The translations under genes and the position numbers were made by a program. A DNA stretch of 63,764 bases, filler included, from Octopus bimaculoides (lineage: Eukaryota): the NCBI RefSeq assembly GCF_001194135.2. It is 3 parts of 3 records of this genome, joined end to end, with 100 filler letters (N's around TTAATTAATTAA, not from the genome) between each part and the next. Parts side by side here need not be neighbours in the genome. Positions count along the whole stretch, not along the records: positions 1 to 27,355 come from NC_068995.1; 2 more parts are not named here. One strand, given 5' to 3'. The notes beneath the pieces are model-generated. The model searched no databases and was not told where the DNA came from. It saw nothing but the letters and a program-made list of their open reading frames with translations. Positions 12,601 through 25,070 of the stretch are shown here, one piece after another. How positions within the stretch are numbered: the first letter of the stretch is position 1; each line of letters begins with the position of its first letter.

Positions 12601-13695
12601 ATATATATATTAGTAATTTGCTTGTTCTATAATGAAAATTTGTGACACATCAATGTGATTTTAAAAATTCAAGAAAAGAGAAAACTTAATTGTATGTTGT
12701 GTGTTGATCAAGCTATCAGATATTCTGCATCACTAGTCACAATGCACTTCCTTGCATTGTTGTAGCTTTTGAATGATGCTATCCTACTGGCTAGGCAGGC
12801 AGGCTGGTTGGCCAATTTCATCCCCCTGAACAGAACACAAATCTGTTGCAGAGAGGGTTCCCCATTTACAGCTGGAGCAATGTGGAATGAAGTGTTTTGC
12901 TCAAGACCACAATGCACTGACAGGTCTGCTAATTTAAACCGGCCATATCTGGCCAAAATATTGTACCTGTTTTATGTCAGACTGGTCAGATCCAGCCTCT
13001 CACACCCACACGGCAATGTCATACTAAAAATAAATAACACCTTCGAAATCTCAAAGCTATGAGATAACACAGGATTAATTTCATAAAATGTGAATATGTA
13101 AGTATGTTTGACAAAGTAATCTGAATGCTAAAGGGTTAAACCATGATCTTGTGATTGTGAATGCAACACACTAACCACTGGGCTATTTTCTCTTTGTGTG
13201 CGTGAGAGAGAGAGAGTTCAGTTGGTCTCCTTGTTTTTATATGAGTATCTTGGCATTATATACAAGTTGTAACGAGCAAAGATTTAGTGAAATTAGGTCT
13301 ATCCTTATGCAAACTGTATGTGTTTCATACAAAGAGGGGAAACAATCAGTGGAACAAATGTGACTATGACTTTGAAGTTTCAAACAATACTCTTGTTTAA
13401 GAATAATAAATTTTTACTCTACAAGAGTACAGAGTAACCCATCAGATTAGTGTAAAATTGTTTTTATTATAACTGAACATAAAAACAAACATTAGCATAT
13501 ATTTATATATATTTGTTCCATTATCTTAAATAATGGGAATATGTTACAACTGCTTGTGTATGTGTGTAGTTTTAATTCATTAGGCCTCTTTCCTTATATT
13601 TTAGTATGTCTTGGCATGGTGTACACTATACAGAGTTATATTGTGTGAAGATTTAGTGAAACTAGGTCTTTAGTTATGATTATGCTGGCTGTGTA

Positions 13696-13734
<39 letters not shown>

Positions 13735-14549
13735 TTTTACATGTTACTGATTTCAGTCATTGGACTGCAGCCATGCTGGGACACTACCTTTAGTCAATCA
13801 GATTAACCTCAAGTTAGGAGGGGGGGGGGCATTGCCAAACTGACACCGATTGTTATTTGGTGTGACAAACACAAAAATGTGAACACGTACACACACACAT
13901 GCAATGGGCTTTTTGTATAGTTTTTATCTACCAAATCCACTCAAGGCTTTGGTCTGTCCAGGGCTATAGTAGAAGACACCATGCCTGTAGTACCATGCAG
14001 TGGGACTGAACCCTGAATCTACGTGGCTGAGAAGGAAGCTTCTTAAGCATACAGCCATGCCTGTTCTTCTGTGTGTGTGTGTGTGTGTGTGTGAGACTCC
14101 TTTAGTTGTTAGTCTGTGGTCATGTTGGGGCACCACTTTGAAGGATTTTAGTTTATATCGAACCTGGTACTTGAGTGATCACTATTTGCTGCACCACTAA
14201 GTATAGGTCATAAACACATACAATTTCTTTTTAAAGTGGTGTCAACATTAGGACAGGCACCCAAATATACTCTGTGTGTGTGTGTGTGTGTACATGATAG
14301 ATTCTCCCATTGAAGATGGCATATGAGAGTTCAGCTTTTGCCAAACGGCCTGTACAAATGATTTTTATTATAGTGATCAAATGTATATGCTGTACATTAG
14401 CTCCTCACTCCCTCCATCAAATTGGTGATGCCTGAACAGGTGCACTGTGTACCACATGTCAGTGTTGAAGTGATTGCAGAGCAATGTGAGATGAAGTGTT
14501 TTGCTCAAGAAAACAATGCACCACCCAGTCCAGGAATTGAAACCATATA

Positions 14550-14598
<49 letters not shown>

Positions 14599-16001
14599 GA
14601 AAATAAATGATGGGCTTTCACACAAGGCTTTGGTCAACTTCAGAATATAGTGGAAGATTCTTGCTCAAGGTGTCATGCAGTGGGTTCAGACCAAAACCCA
14701 TGTAGGTACTGGATGTACTTCTTGACCCCAACACTAAGGAGGAAAGGTGGCACCTACATTCCTTTTCAAGGTGTCCCTGACTGTTGGTAGGAAATTATCA
14801 AGTCAGGCCTGAATGCTTATCACAGAGTGAGGTTCATGAAAGGCATCTAAGCGCCAGGTGGTGGGGTACCACTAATGGTTTCATCTTCATACAGTAACTA
14901 TTTAGTTGTTGTTGTTGCTTACCCTCAGGTCCACTTTGATGGAGTAGACCTGTGATCAGAGCTGAATTGCTTATGATTACTTTAAGTTAAAGGTGGAAAG
15001 CTGGCAGAATTGTTCGCATGCTGGACAAAATGCTTAGTGGCATTTCGTCTGTACTTACATTCTGAGTTCAAATTCTGTTGAGGACAGCTTTACCTTTCAT
15101 CCTTTCAAGGTTGATAAAATGAATACCATTTGAGCTCTGCAGTTGATGTAATCTTTCCCCCATCCCCCAAAATTGCTGATCTTATGCCAAAATTTGAAAC
15201 TATAATTACTTAAATAATTGTGTCCCATTTCACCTTTTTTTTTGTAGCTGGTAGGGTGTGATGTGAGGGAGATTTAGTTGCTTTTTCTAACAGGCCCTAA
15301 ATCAGTGTGGTGGAACCCATTCATTCTTTTCCAGATAGGACTGTTATAGTGTCAAACAAAATACATCTTGCATTTTATTTATTTATTTTTTTGTTTTTGT
15401 TAGTTTATTTTCCAAGTTCAAATTTTGCTGAGGTCAACTTCACCTTTCATCCTTCGTAGGTCAAATTCAAAGTACCATCAATTACCGGGAGTGGGTCAAT
15501 GTAATCAAGTATTTCCTTTCCCTCACTACCCTAGGTTCTAGTCCTTGTGCCTATATTATACATCAATATTTGAACTAAACACAGAAATGATTTCACCATT
15601 GCATCTCAAGGCAGGAAGCTGGCAGTACCAGTTGTACACCAAGGTCAAAATAATCAACTTGCCCACTCTCCTCAAAATTACTGGCCCTGTGCCAAAATTA
15701 GAATATTTGAATTTAAACCCTGCAACTAATGAACTAAACATTTCACAAATCATACAGTGCTTCTGTTGTCATTACCCATTTATAATTGGCTTAACTGTAC
15801 TATCCATGAGTTAAATTAACTTGACTTGTCCTCAGTACCAGGGACACAGCTTAAACTGTTCAGTCTACAACTGACTTGTCCAATTCTGACCATCACCTAC
15901 ACGCATACACACCGTTTACTGACTTTTGATTGAAATCTTGTTTGAAAATTCTCTTTAATGTAACTACCTTTAACATTACCATGTATTGTTGTTCTTTTCA
16001 G

Positions 16002-16136
16002 ACGGGGCAAACCAAAGATTTAGTGAGTGACCTTACTATGAAGTGCGATAAGTACACCGATGAAGTTCGCAGTCTTCGTGAAGAACTAAGCAGTATGCTG
16101 GAAGACTACCAATATCTCAGGGACAAAAGTAAATTG
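16002..16136 (+). CDS. SLMAP: SLMAP-like gene, penultimate coding exon
   Basis: cttttcag|ACG GGG CAA...AAA TTG|gtgagt; 135 nt, phase 0-0; TGQTKDLVSDLTMKCDKYTDEVRSLREELSSMLEDYQYLRDKSKL, similar to recalled human YEKTQTVLSELKLKFEMTEQEKQSITDELKQCKNNLKLLREK. Confidence 0.9.
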
Positions 16137-17607
16137 GTGAGTCTTATTTCTTATATCATCATCATGATTTAATATCTGCTGTCCATGGGTTGGACAGTTT
16201 GAGCAAAGCTGGTGGGCTGCATCAGGCTCCAGTCTGATTTGGCATGGTTTCTATGGCTTGATGCCCTTCCTAAAGCTAACCACCTTACAGAGCATGCTGG
16301 GTGCATCTACGTGACACCACATGGGCGCTTTTACATGGTGTTGCACAGGCACTTTTACTTGGCACTGAATAGCGTTTTGTTTTTATTTCTTCCATTATTT
16401 AAGCTGTTTGACACTCTTATTCCAAAGACCTCCATACACATGCCTCACATTCTTTGTTACCAACCTGGTCAAAACTATCTGTGTTAAACAGTTATTTAAG
16501 TTAAACCAGCAATCAAAATAAAGATGTAGGCTTTGAGTTTGTAAAAATCTGCCTTTGTATATAGTTGCATTCCAAACGCTAGCTCAATGTCTTTATTGTT
16601 TCAGTCATTGGACTGTAGTCATGTTAGGACATCACCATTACGGGTTTAGTTGAACAAATAGAAACAAGTACTTGTTTTTTTTTGTTTTGTCTTTTTGAAG
16701 TCTGGTCCTCATACTTTGGTCTTTTTTGGCTGAAACTGCTTTGTTTTCATAAAAAAATTTTTTTTTTCATATCCCCATAACCTAGCAAACACCAGTTGTC
16801 AAGCAGTTTGAGTGGATAGACCCAGGTGCATGCATGCATGCAACAGACTTCTACACAATATCTGCCTACCAAATTCACTCCTAAGCAATTGATCAGCTCA
16901 AGGCTATAGTAGAAGACACTTACCCATGGTGTTGTTCTAATGGACTGAACCTGACACCATGTTGTTGCAAAGCTAGGTTTTTTTTTAACCTTACAGCTAT
17001 ACCTGTGCTTAGTATATCAATAAATAGAGAAAAAAATTACAGCTATTTTCAAAAAAAAAGATTAAATGATTACAGCTAAACAGCAACATCAATCTTGTGC
17101 CCCACCTTTTCTCTCTCTTCTCTGAGACAATAATAAAACCTGCTGAGTTTTCTCAGATGTTAAGCTTTAAAATCATGGATGGTATTTTTCTGAGCAAAAT
17201 CTGTATCCTTTTGTGGAACGACGACGACGATTCAAAGCCAGGAAATATTTGATGCAGCTCTCCAACTTGCCAGCCCATACCCAGCATAGAAGATACATTA
17301 AATGATGAGATATATATATAGAGATAGATAGATACATCATTATCCTTGTTTTAACATTAACTTTNNNNNNNNNNNNNNNNNNNNNNNNNNNNNNNNNNNN
17401 NNNNNNNNNNNNNNNNNNNNNNNNNNNNNNNNNNNNNNNNNNNNNNNNNNNNNNNNNNNNNNNNNNNNNNNNNNNNNNNNNNNNNNNNNNNNNNNNNNNN
17501 NNNNNNNNNNNNNNNNNNNNNNNNNNNNNNNNNNNNNNNNNNNNNNNNNNNNNNNNNNNNNNNNNNNNNNNNNNNNNNNNNNNNNNNNNNNNNNNNNNNN
17601 NNNNNNN

Positions 17608-17825
17608 GAGAGGGTGCTGAAAAGTTCCTGGATTTGGGTAAAATAAAATACAGAATGATCAGATAATTATGATTTTATTCAACATGTTCCCCTCACAGAT
17701 TCACACACATATTGCAGTGGTCCTTCAGTTTTTCTAATCCCTGTGAAAGAACTTGGAAAGTTGGGCCTCTAACCAGGCCTTTCACGATACCCTTAAAGCC
17801 AGGAACTTTTCAGCACCCCTCTGTA
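17608..17825. mobile_element. Short mariner-type MITE with ~22-bp terminal inverted repeats
   Basis: Left gagagggtgctgaaaagttcctgg and right ccaggaacttttcagcacccctc are near-perfect reverse complements; the right end is followed by TGTA; the left end abuts a gap. Confidence 0.65.
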
Positions 17826-18069
17826 TAACACACATGCACAATTCTTTAGGCTTCACTATCTTTCAACTACCCTACACCTGCTCAACCATTTCCCAGAAAG
17901 AATTTCATCTATGTTCTATGTTAAACTTTAAAAATTCTTTTTAATTCATGTGTATGAATGAAGAATTCAATATTCTGTGGAACTAGCTGGCATAGCATAT
18001 AAGAAACAGTAGATATTTTTGTGCAGTTACATTGACCCTTCACTGACTTTGTTCTTTGTTCTCTTGCAG

Positions 18070-18201
18070 CTGTCATTCATCTCCAGCATTCCTCTGTTGA
18101 TTCTGCTATTTGCGATCTTGTTAGCCTTTTACCCCACATTAGAAGAAATCACAGCAACCTCATCTGAACTAAATTGGCTCGACCCAGACACAGCAGCCTG
18201 A
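18070..18201 (+). CDS. SLMAP: SLMAP-like gene, terminal coding exon with tail-anchor transmembrane helix and stop
   Basis: ctcttgcag|CTG TCA TTC...GCA GCC TGA; LSFISSIPLLILLFAILLAFYPTLEEITATSSELNWLDPDTAA*; the hydrophobic helix ending in YP sits where the SLMAP tail anchor is expected. Confidence 0.85.
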   Translation: MSFISSIPLLILLFAILLAFYPTLEEITATSSELNWLDPDTAA

Positions 18202-18534
18202 TAATCTCAATTCTGCAGGGAGAGATTTAAGATTTAAATGAATCAAAACATCTAGAAAACACTTGACTAGATTTTTGTTCCTCCCCGGTGGCCATTGGAA
18301 TGACTGAAAGAAAGAAAGAAAGAAAAACAAGCAAACAAACAAATCAACAAATAAATAAATAAACCAACCAACCAACCAAGGACAATTGGATGTTATAGTT
18401 CACTGGTTTTATTTTATTTCAAACTACTAGTAACTACTGTATGTACCAAGATGACTTGTAAATTATTACTTCATTGAGAATGGCCTTAACACAGCTAGGA
18501 AGAGCTTTGACAAGTTCTCTCTCTTTCTCTCACT

Positions 18535-18582
<48 letters not shown>

Positions 18583-20023
18583 CATAAACGTCAAATAAAC
18601 CAGAACTATTTCAACTGTAATAAAACCGAGTATCTTCTAAAATAACATCCTGTATGTCTGTGTATTTGATATCTGTGCAAATGTGCAGTCTACTCAGTGA
18701 ACTGTTTGTGATTCTCACTCCCTCACTCTCACTCATTCTCTTTCAGTTTCTCTCTCATTCACTTACCCACCCATTCTTTCACTCACTCTCAAGGTGACCT
18801 CGTATATTTAACCTTTGTCTCTTTAGCTATTGAACTTTAAAGCTTATCTTTTTGTTGATGCATTTATGCCCTGTATCTGTCCATATATACATATCTGTAT
18901 CTCTCTCTCACTAATATATATATATATATATTTTTTTGTGAGTCATGGGCATTTATGCAGTAAAGCATATAATTGAATTACATTTCCTATGTGAGGACAC
19001 ATTAGCCATAATAATATATATTCAAAAGGAAGGACAGCAACTATATTTCCATCTGTTCTGTCATTTCGTGAGTGCAAAAATAAAGAATTGCTTACTCTAC
19101 CAATGAACAATTTCACACACACACATATGAATATCTTGGGTGTAAGTTGTAATATCCTTGAATGCCCAGCTCAGCTAATTTCCAGCTTCTTTAGGGCACA
19201 GAAGGTGGAACAATCTGTTTCTTGGAAGAATCTACTTCATGCTTATTTTATTTTTGGCTCAGTCCCTTTACCAATTCTCTGCAAAAGGTATAAATAAACT
19301 ACAATATACTTTTTTTAGGGTACCTGTACCAGCATCTCTAGATATGTGCATAGAATTTCTGAGAAATTACAGTTGTATAAGCAACTTATCCCAGACACTT
19401 ATAGACATTATCTTTTAAACTGTTAGGTGATCTCAAGCCCACATATGCACACATGCATATGCACACATGCACATGCATGCATGCATATGCTTATTCTCTC
19501 TTTCTCATCATTACTAAACTGCTGGATCAACTGAGAAATCAGACCAGCTACCTTTCTCTCTTTGAAGGAACTGATCTATTCAAAGAATGATAGTTATATA
19601 GAGAGCTTTTTTGTTATCTTCCAGCCACAAACCCCCCCCCCCCTAAATAGAAGAAATGTTGTCTGTCCTCCTTGGTTGAAATATTTTATATGACTTGCTA
19701 AAACAGGGACCATTTATTGCATTACATAAATTCAGATTCCTTTTGTTTTCACCTGAGCATCTCCAGTCTCGTTTACTCCTGCTAGGATTCTTCGATCCCC
19801 TATGTCTGTGACATTGTCATCTACTCTACCTGTTTCTATCAGGTGCTAACGATTGCTGTTTATCATGCTAATATATTTGCCTATAGTTGAGATGATATTA
19901 CTAAGTCTCCATTTTCTTTTCTTTCTCTCTCTCTCCTCTTCTCTCTCTTGTATACATATATCTACAAATACATTTTCTTTGGACACATATACATGTATAC
20001 TTACATGCATACATGCGTGTGTG

Positions 20024-20065
<42 letters not shown>

Positions 20066-20331
20066 TACATATATACATATATTTATTACTACACATGATT
20101 ATATGTGCTTGTGCTGTATGTGTGTGTATATCAGTGGATATGTATATATGTATGCGTGTGTGTGTGTGTGTGTGTGTAACGATGTGTAATGTGAATCTGT
20201 GTGTATTTGTATATATTTATGTATTTGTATATACTGGTATATTTATGCATGCATACATATATATATATATAGGCATATATGCATATAATGATATACAATT
20301 ATATGCATGTCGGTGTGACTGTGAATATATA

Positions 20332-20386
<55 letters not shown>

Positions 20387-21069
20387 NNNNNNNNNNNNNN
20401 NNNNNNNNNNNNNNNNNNNNNNNNNNNNNNNNNNNNNNNNNNNNNNNNNNNNNNNNNNNNNNNNNNNNNNNNNNNNNNNNNNNNNNNNNNNNNNNNNNNN
20501 NNNNNNNNNNNNNNNNNNNNNNNNNNNNNNNNNNNNNNNNNNNNNNNNNNNNNNNNNNNNNNNNNNNNNNNNNNNNNNNNNNNNNNNNNNNNNNNNNNNN
20601 NNNNNNNNNNNNNNNNNNNNNNNNNNNNNNNNNNNNNNNNNNNNNNNNNNNNNNNNNNNNNNNNNNNNNNNNNNNNNNNNNNNNNNNNNNNNNNNNNNNN
20701 NNNNNNNNNNNNNNNNNNNNNNNNNNNNNNNNNNNNNNNNNNNNNNNNNNNNNNNNNNNNNNNNNNNNNNNNNNNNNNNNNNNNNNNNNNNNNNNNNNNN
20801 NNNNNNNNNNNNNNNNNNNNNNNNNNNNNNNNNNNNNNNNNNNNNNNNNNNNNNNNNNNNNNNNNNNNNNNNNNNNNNNNNNNNNNNNNNNNNNNNNNNN
20901 NNNNNNNNNNNNNNNNNNNNNNNNNNNNNNNNNNNNNNNNNNNNNNNNNNNNNNNNNNNNNNNNNNNNNNNNNNNNNNNNNNNNNNNNNNNNNNNNNNNN
21001 NNNNNNNNNNNNNNNNNNNNNNNNNNNNNNNNNNNNNNNNNNNNNNNNNNNNNNNNNNNNNNNNNNNNN

Positions 21070-21100
<31 letters not shown>

Positions 21101-21550
21101 TAGATATGAAATATATATATATATATATACATACACATGGAAGTAAAATTTAATGTAAAAATTGAATTTTTGTCTCTGTTTACAATGGAGTTTTTGCTTT
21201 GTGCCTGCACTTAATTCCTGGGGGGTTTTTTTCTCCCCTCCTCTTTCCTTAAATTTTCCCATTTTAATTGGTTCCTCTTTAATTTTTTTTTTTAAATTTC
21301 ATTTTTCTCAGTCTGTTGTTGAAATGTTATCATTTCATGCCTAAGCATTCTCAGGTTATTGTTGTTTTTTTTTGTTATCTAATTAAGAGACTGTCACTTA
21401 AGTCAGCAGTATATGTAATATAACATTACACAAACATATACACATATATATAGGAAGTGTTACTTTGTGTGTGTCTGTGGTTTGTTTTGGTTTGTGTTGA
21501 AGCAATGAGAAATTTTAACAACTTCTTAAAAAGATTCATTTTCAAAAGGT

Positions 21551-21814
21551 TAAAAAGTTTAGAATGATACAACAATGCACTATAGAACAAACAATGGACT
21601 ATATACCTGTTGTAATTTGGTTATCTATAGTCCAATGATATTTTGGAATTACAATTCCTTCTTCAGATCTTCTTAGCAGAGACTCCAGCAAAGAAGATCT
21701 GAAGAAGGAATTGTAATTCCAAAATATCATCAGACTATAGATAACCAGATTACAACAGGCATATAGTCCGTTTCTTGTTCTATAGTGCATTGTTGTACCA
21801 TTCTATACTTTTTA
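21551..21814. repeat. Long imperfect inverted repeat (~124-bp arms, 16-nt spacer)
   Basis: 21551-21674 is the reverse complement of 21691-21814 with roughly ten differences by eye; spacer agcagagactccagca. Confidence 0.9.
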
Positions 21815-22699
21815 TTCTTTACAAACAATACACAATGCTTCAAGCGAACTACAATACTCTCATTTTCAAATTTCTCAAGGATTCAAAAACCAGCCAACAT
21901 ATGGCTTAGTCGTAAAGGAGTTGGGCTCATGATTGAAAGGTCATGGTTTTGATTCCCAGACTGGTTGAGGCGTTGGCTTCTTTGAGCAAAGCACGTCATT
22001 TCAGTGTTCCAGTCCACTCAGCCATAAATAAGTACCACCACCACCAACAACAACAACAACCGGAGTGGCTAACCCTCATACAATCTGGCATCTTGTTCAG
22101 AGGAGAGTATTATACTCGGAGTTACTCGCCATGGAAACAAGGGGTGTTCTTCAGCCTGGATAGGCCTGTAGGCTTATGAAAGACTTATGACACACATGCG
22201 TGTACACACACACACACACACATGCACACACCTATTCTCTTTCTCTCTCTCTGTCATGCATACACAAACACACTCCTACACACACTTTTTTAATTGTGTA
22301 AGTGCCATTTACATGTAATTTGCATACACACCCTTTTTAAATGCAAAAAAAAAGCAGAAACATTAACGCTGAATGATTGTATAATTATATTAACATTAAA
22401 ACTGTATGTATATATATATATATATACTTAATGTATGTATATAAATATTTATGTATATATGTGTACGGTATGTGTATAGATTTTTCTATATATTGTTTAT
22501 AGACTACTTGTTTATACTTAACAACTTTCTCTTTAATGATGATGATGATACTACTACTACTACTAATAATAATAATTAATCTGAAGTGTGTGTGCGATGA
22601 TATGAAGTAACTTTCTTTCCCTATTTCCCCACCTTTCACTATTTCACCCATACACTTAAAATTTTCTGTTGTTTAAGATTAGTACCCTTCTCTTTCCAT

Positions 22700-22742
<43 letters not shown>

Positions 22743-23902
22743 ATCTAAGAATATCAGAATTTGGTGATGCATTAACATTTAAAAAGAATGGTTGGAATTG
22801 GTCTGGTTTGATTTGGTTAAGCTTGCGTGTTGGCAGCGGCGGTGGTGGTAGTGGTGAAAGGTCTTCATCTTACCCCCCCCCCNNNNNNNNNNNNNNNNNN
22901 NNNNNNNNNNNNNNNNNNNNNNNNNNNNNNNNNNNNNNNNNNNNNNNNNNNNNNNNNNNNNNNNNNNNNNNNNNNNNNNNNNNNNNNNNNNNNNNNNNNN
23001 NNNNNNNNNNNNNNNNNNNNNNNNNNNNNNNNNNNNNNNNNNNNNNNNNNNNNNNNNNNNNNNNNNNNNNNNNNNNNNNNNNNNNNNNNNNNNNNNNNNN
23101 NNNNNNNNNNNNNNNNNNNNNNNNNNNNNNNNNNNNNNNNNNNNNNNNNNNNNNNNNNNNNNNNNNNNNNNNNNTTTGTCACCAAATTAAACAAATTGTC
23201 ATAATTGACTAGTACTGCTGGTGCTAATAATTAATTCTTTGTGTCTTTCTCCATTGATTAACTGAGTAATTCTTGATTATTGATTTTATTGTCTTTCTTG
23301 TGCTTTCTGCAACACAAAGGTATTTTGTGGAAGTCTGTTTCTGATAGAGTGAGTACTATTTGAGAAATTGTTATTATTATTATTACTTGTTTTAATTCTC
23401 TTTCCTTTAAAATTCTTGCCTGCAAATGATTAATTTCTTAGTTTTTTGTGTCACCCCCCCCCTTTTTTTTTTTACCATTCTTAATTGTATAACCAGCTCC
23501 CAAATAACCTATTCCACCTACACCTGGCTAAACCAACTTCAATAAGTGTCTGCTACAAATTTTCTGACTTTTCGTATTGTACTCTTACCTACATATTGGT
23601 ATTTGACTTGTAGTTTATAGCAAGGTTACTAGTCATACTAATTCTGTTCTGACTTCTCGTTTTACTTACCACACAGTTTTAAAAAAATAAATTCCTTATT
23701 CAAACCTTAAATTTCCCCATGCCTCTAATACATCAGATTAATTCTTTTAATTTAGTATTTTATTTAAAGGGTGGTAGAGGTAGCTGAGACAGTATTATTG
23801 GTGCGTAAGCCTGAGGTCAAAATCTGATTGACCAGATGACCCTACAGCAATCGGGTAGTTGGCCTAGCATCTAGCTGTGGTCCACAGATCCATTCTGGAT
23901 AT

Positions 23903-24180
23903 GGTATGGCCCTGCCTAGATGTGATAGCCATATTGCTTACACCATCATGCAGTATGCCTCTGCTTAGATAAGTCATATTACATACTCTAGCATGCAGTA
24001 TGCCTTTGCCTAGATGAGTCGTATTGCATGCTCAACATGTAGTATGCCTCTACTTATTTGAGAGCCATACTGCATGCTTCAAAATGCAGTATGCCTCTGC
24101 TTAGATGAGTCATATTGCATACTCTAGCCTGCAGTATGCCTCTGTCTACCTCACAGTCATACTGCACATCCCAATATGCA
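23903..24180. repeat. Tandem minisatellite, 44-47-nt period, ~6 units, each internally self-complementary
   Basis: GCAGTATG-type starts at 23950, 23995, 24039, 24086, 24131; each unit contains a CATA(T/C)TGC-like segment 16-18 nt later. Confidence 0.85.
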
Positions 24181-24644
24181 AAAAATGAATTTTACGGTAT
24201 GCAGCATGGCAGTCTGGATATGTTGTATTCTCTCCACTGTCCAGTCTGTCTCTGTATGCCTGAATATTTTGGTGGCAGGCAAGGCGGTCTTAGTAAGAGG
24301 GCAACAGTTTCGGTTCGTAGAAGCTGTGGGTTAATTAGATGCCTTTTGGTATTTATTTCCAGCTGCTCCATCTGTTTCTTAATATTTTAGAATATATTGA
24401 GAGAGAGAAAAGGACAGGGTTGAGTTCAATCCAATTAGCTGTACGACAAGTTGGCACTTGTTCCCAGTCCTAAGAAATTCAATTTTACTAATTTTAATTA
24501 ATGCTTGACTAATTGTTTTTTTAGTTTTTTGGTTTTCTAAAACATAATTTTATGTTATCATAATTTGTGAAAATTAAAAAAAAAAAGTTTTATTTTGTTC
24601 TTATAATTGTTTGTTGAAAACAATTTTGTTGCCCTCAAAACATT

Positions 24645-25070
24645 AGTATAGCTTTTGACCGTATCTGGCATGCAAATCTCCTATTGAAACTGGCTGCCTG
24701 TGGGCTCCATCCAGCTCTCATCTCCTGGATTGGTAGCCTCCTACTAGATTGCATTATCACAGCATGTGTTGACAGAGCCATGTCCCACACTCTATCAACT
24801 CTGGTATACCCCAAGATTTGTTTTGTTGTTTTTTTTTTCCCTCTCTTCCACCCTTATCCTTCTATACATTAACAACTTAGTTGGTATCATGCTCAACAAT
24901 ACCCACTTTTACGCAGATGATACTACCCTTCATTTCTTCCCGTAAGATTCCCCAACCATGCTTCATCCACATGCAACACTCACCTTATGTCAAATGTGCG
25001 CTGATTCTGTAGAGATCTTGAGAGCATCCTCCAATGGAAATTGTGCTGATCTTGTCTTTATTCAGTGCTA
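24645..25070 (+). mobile_element. Degenerate CR1/Jockey-group LINE reverse-transcriptase fragment
   Basis: Translation across frameshifts gives AFDRIWHANLLLKLAACGLHPALISWIGS...SGIPQ...LILLYINNL...THFYADDTTL, i.e. RT motifs including YADD. Confidence 0.8.
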
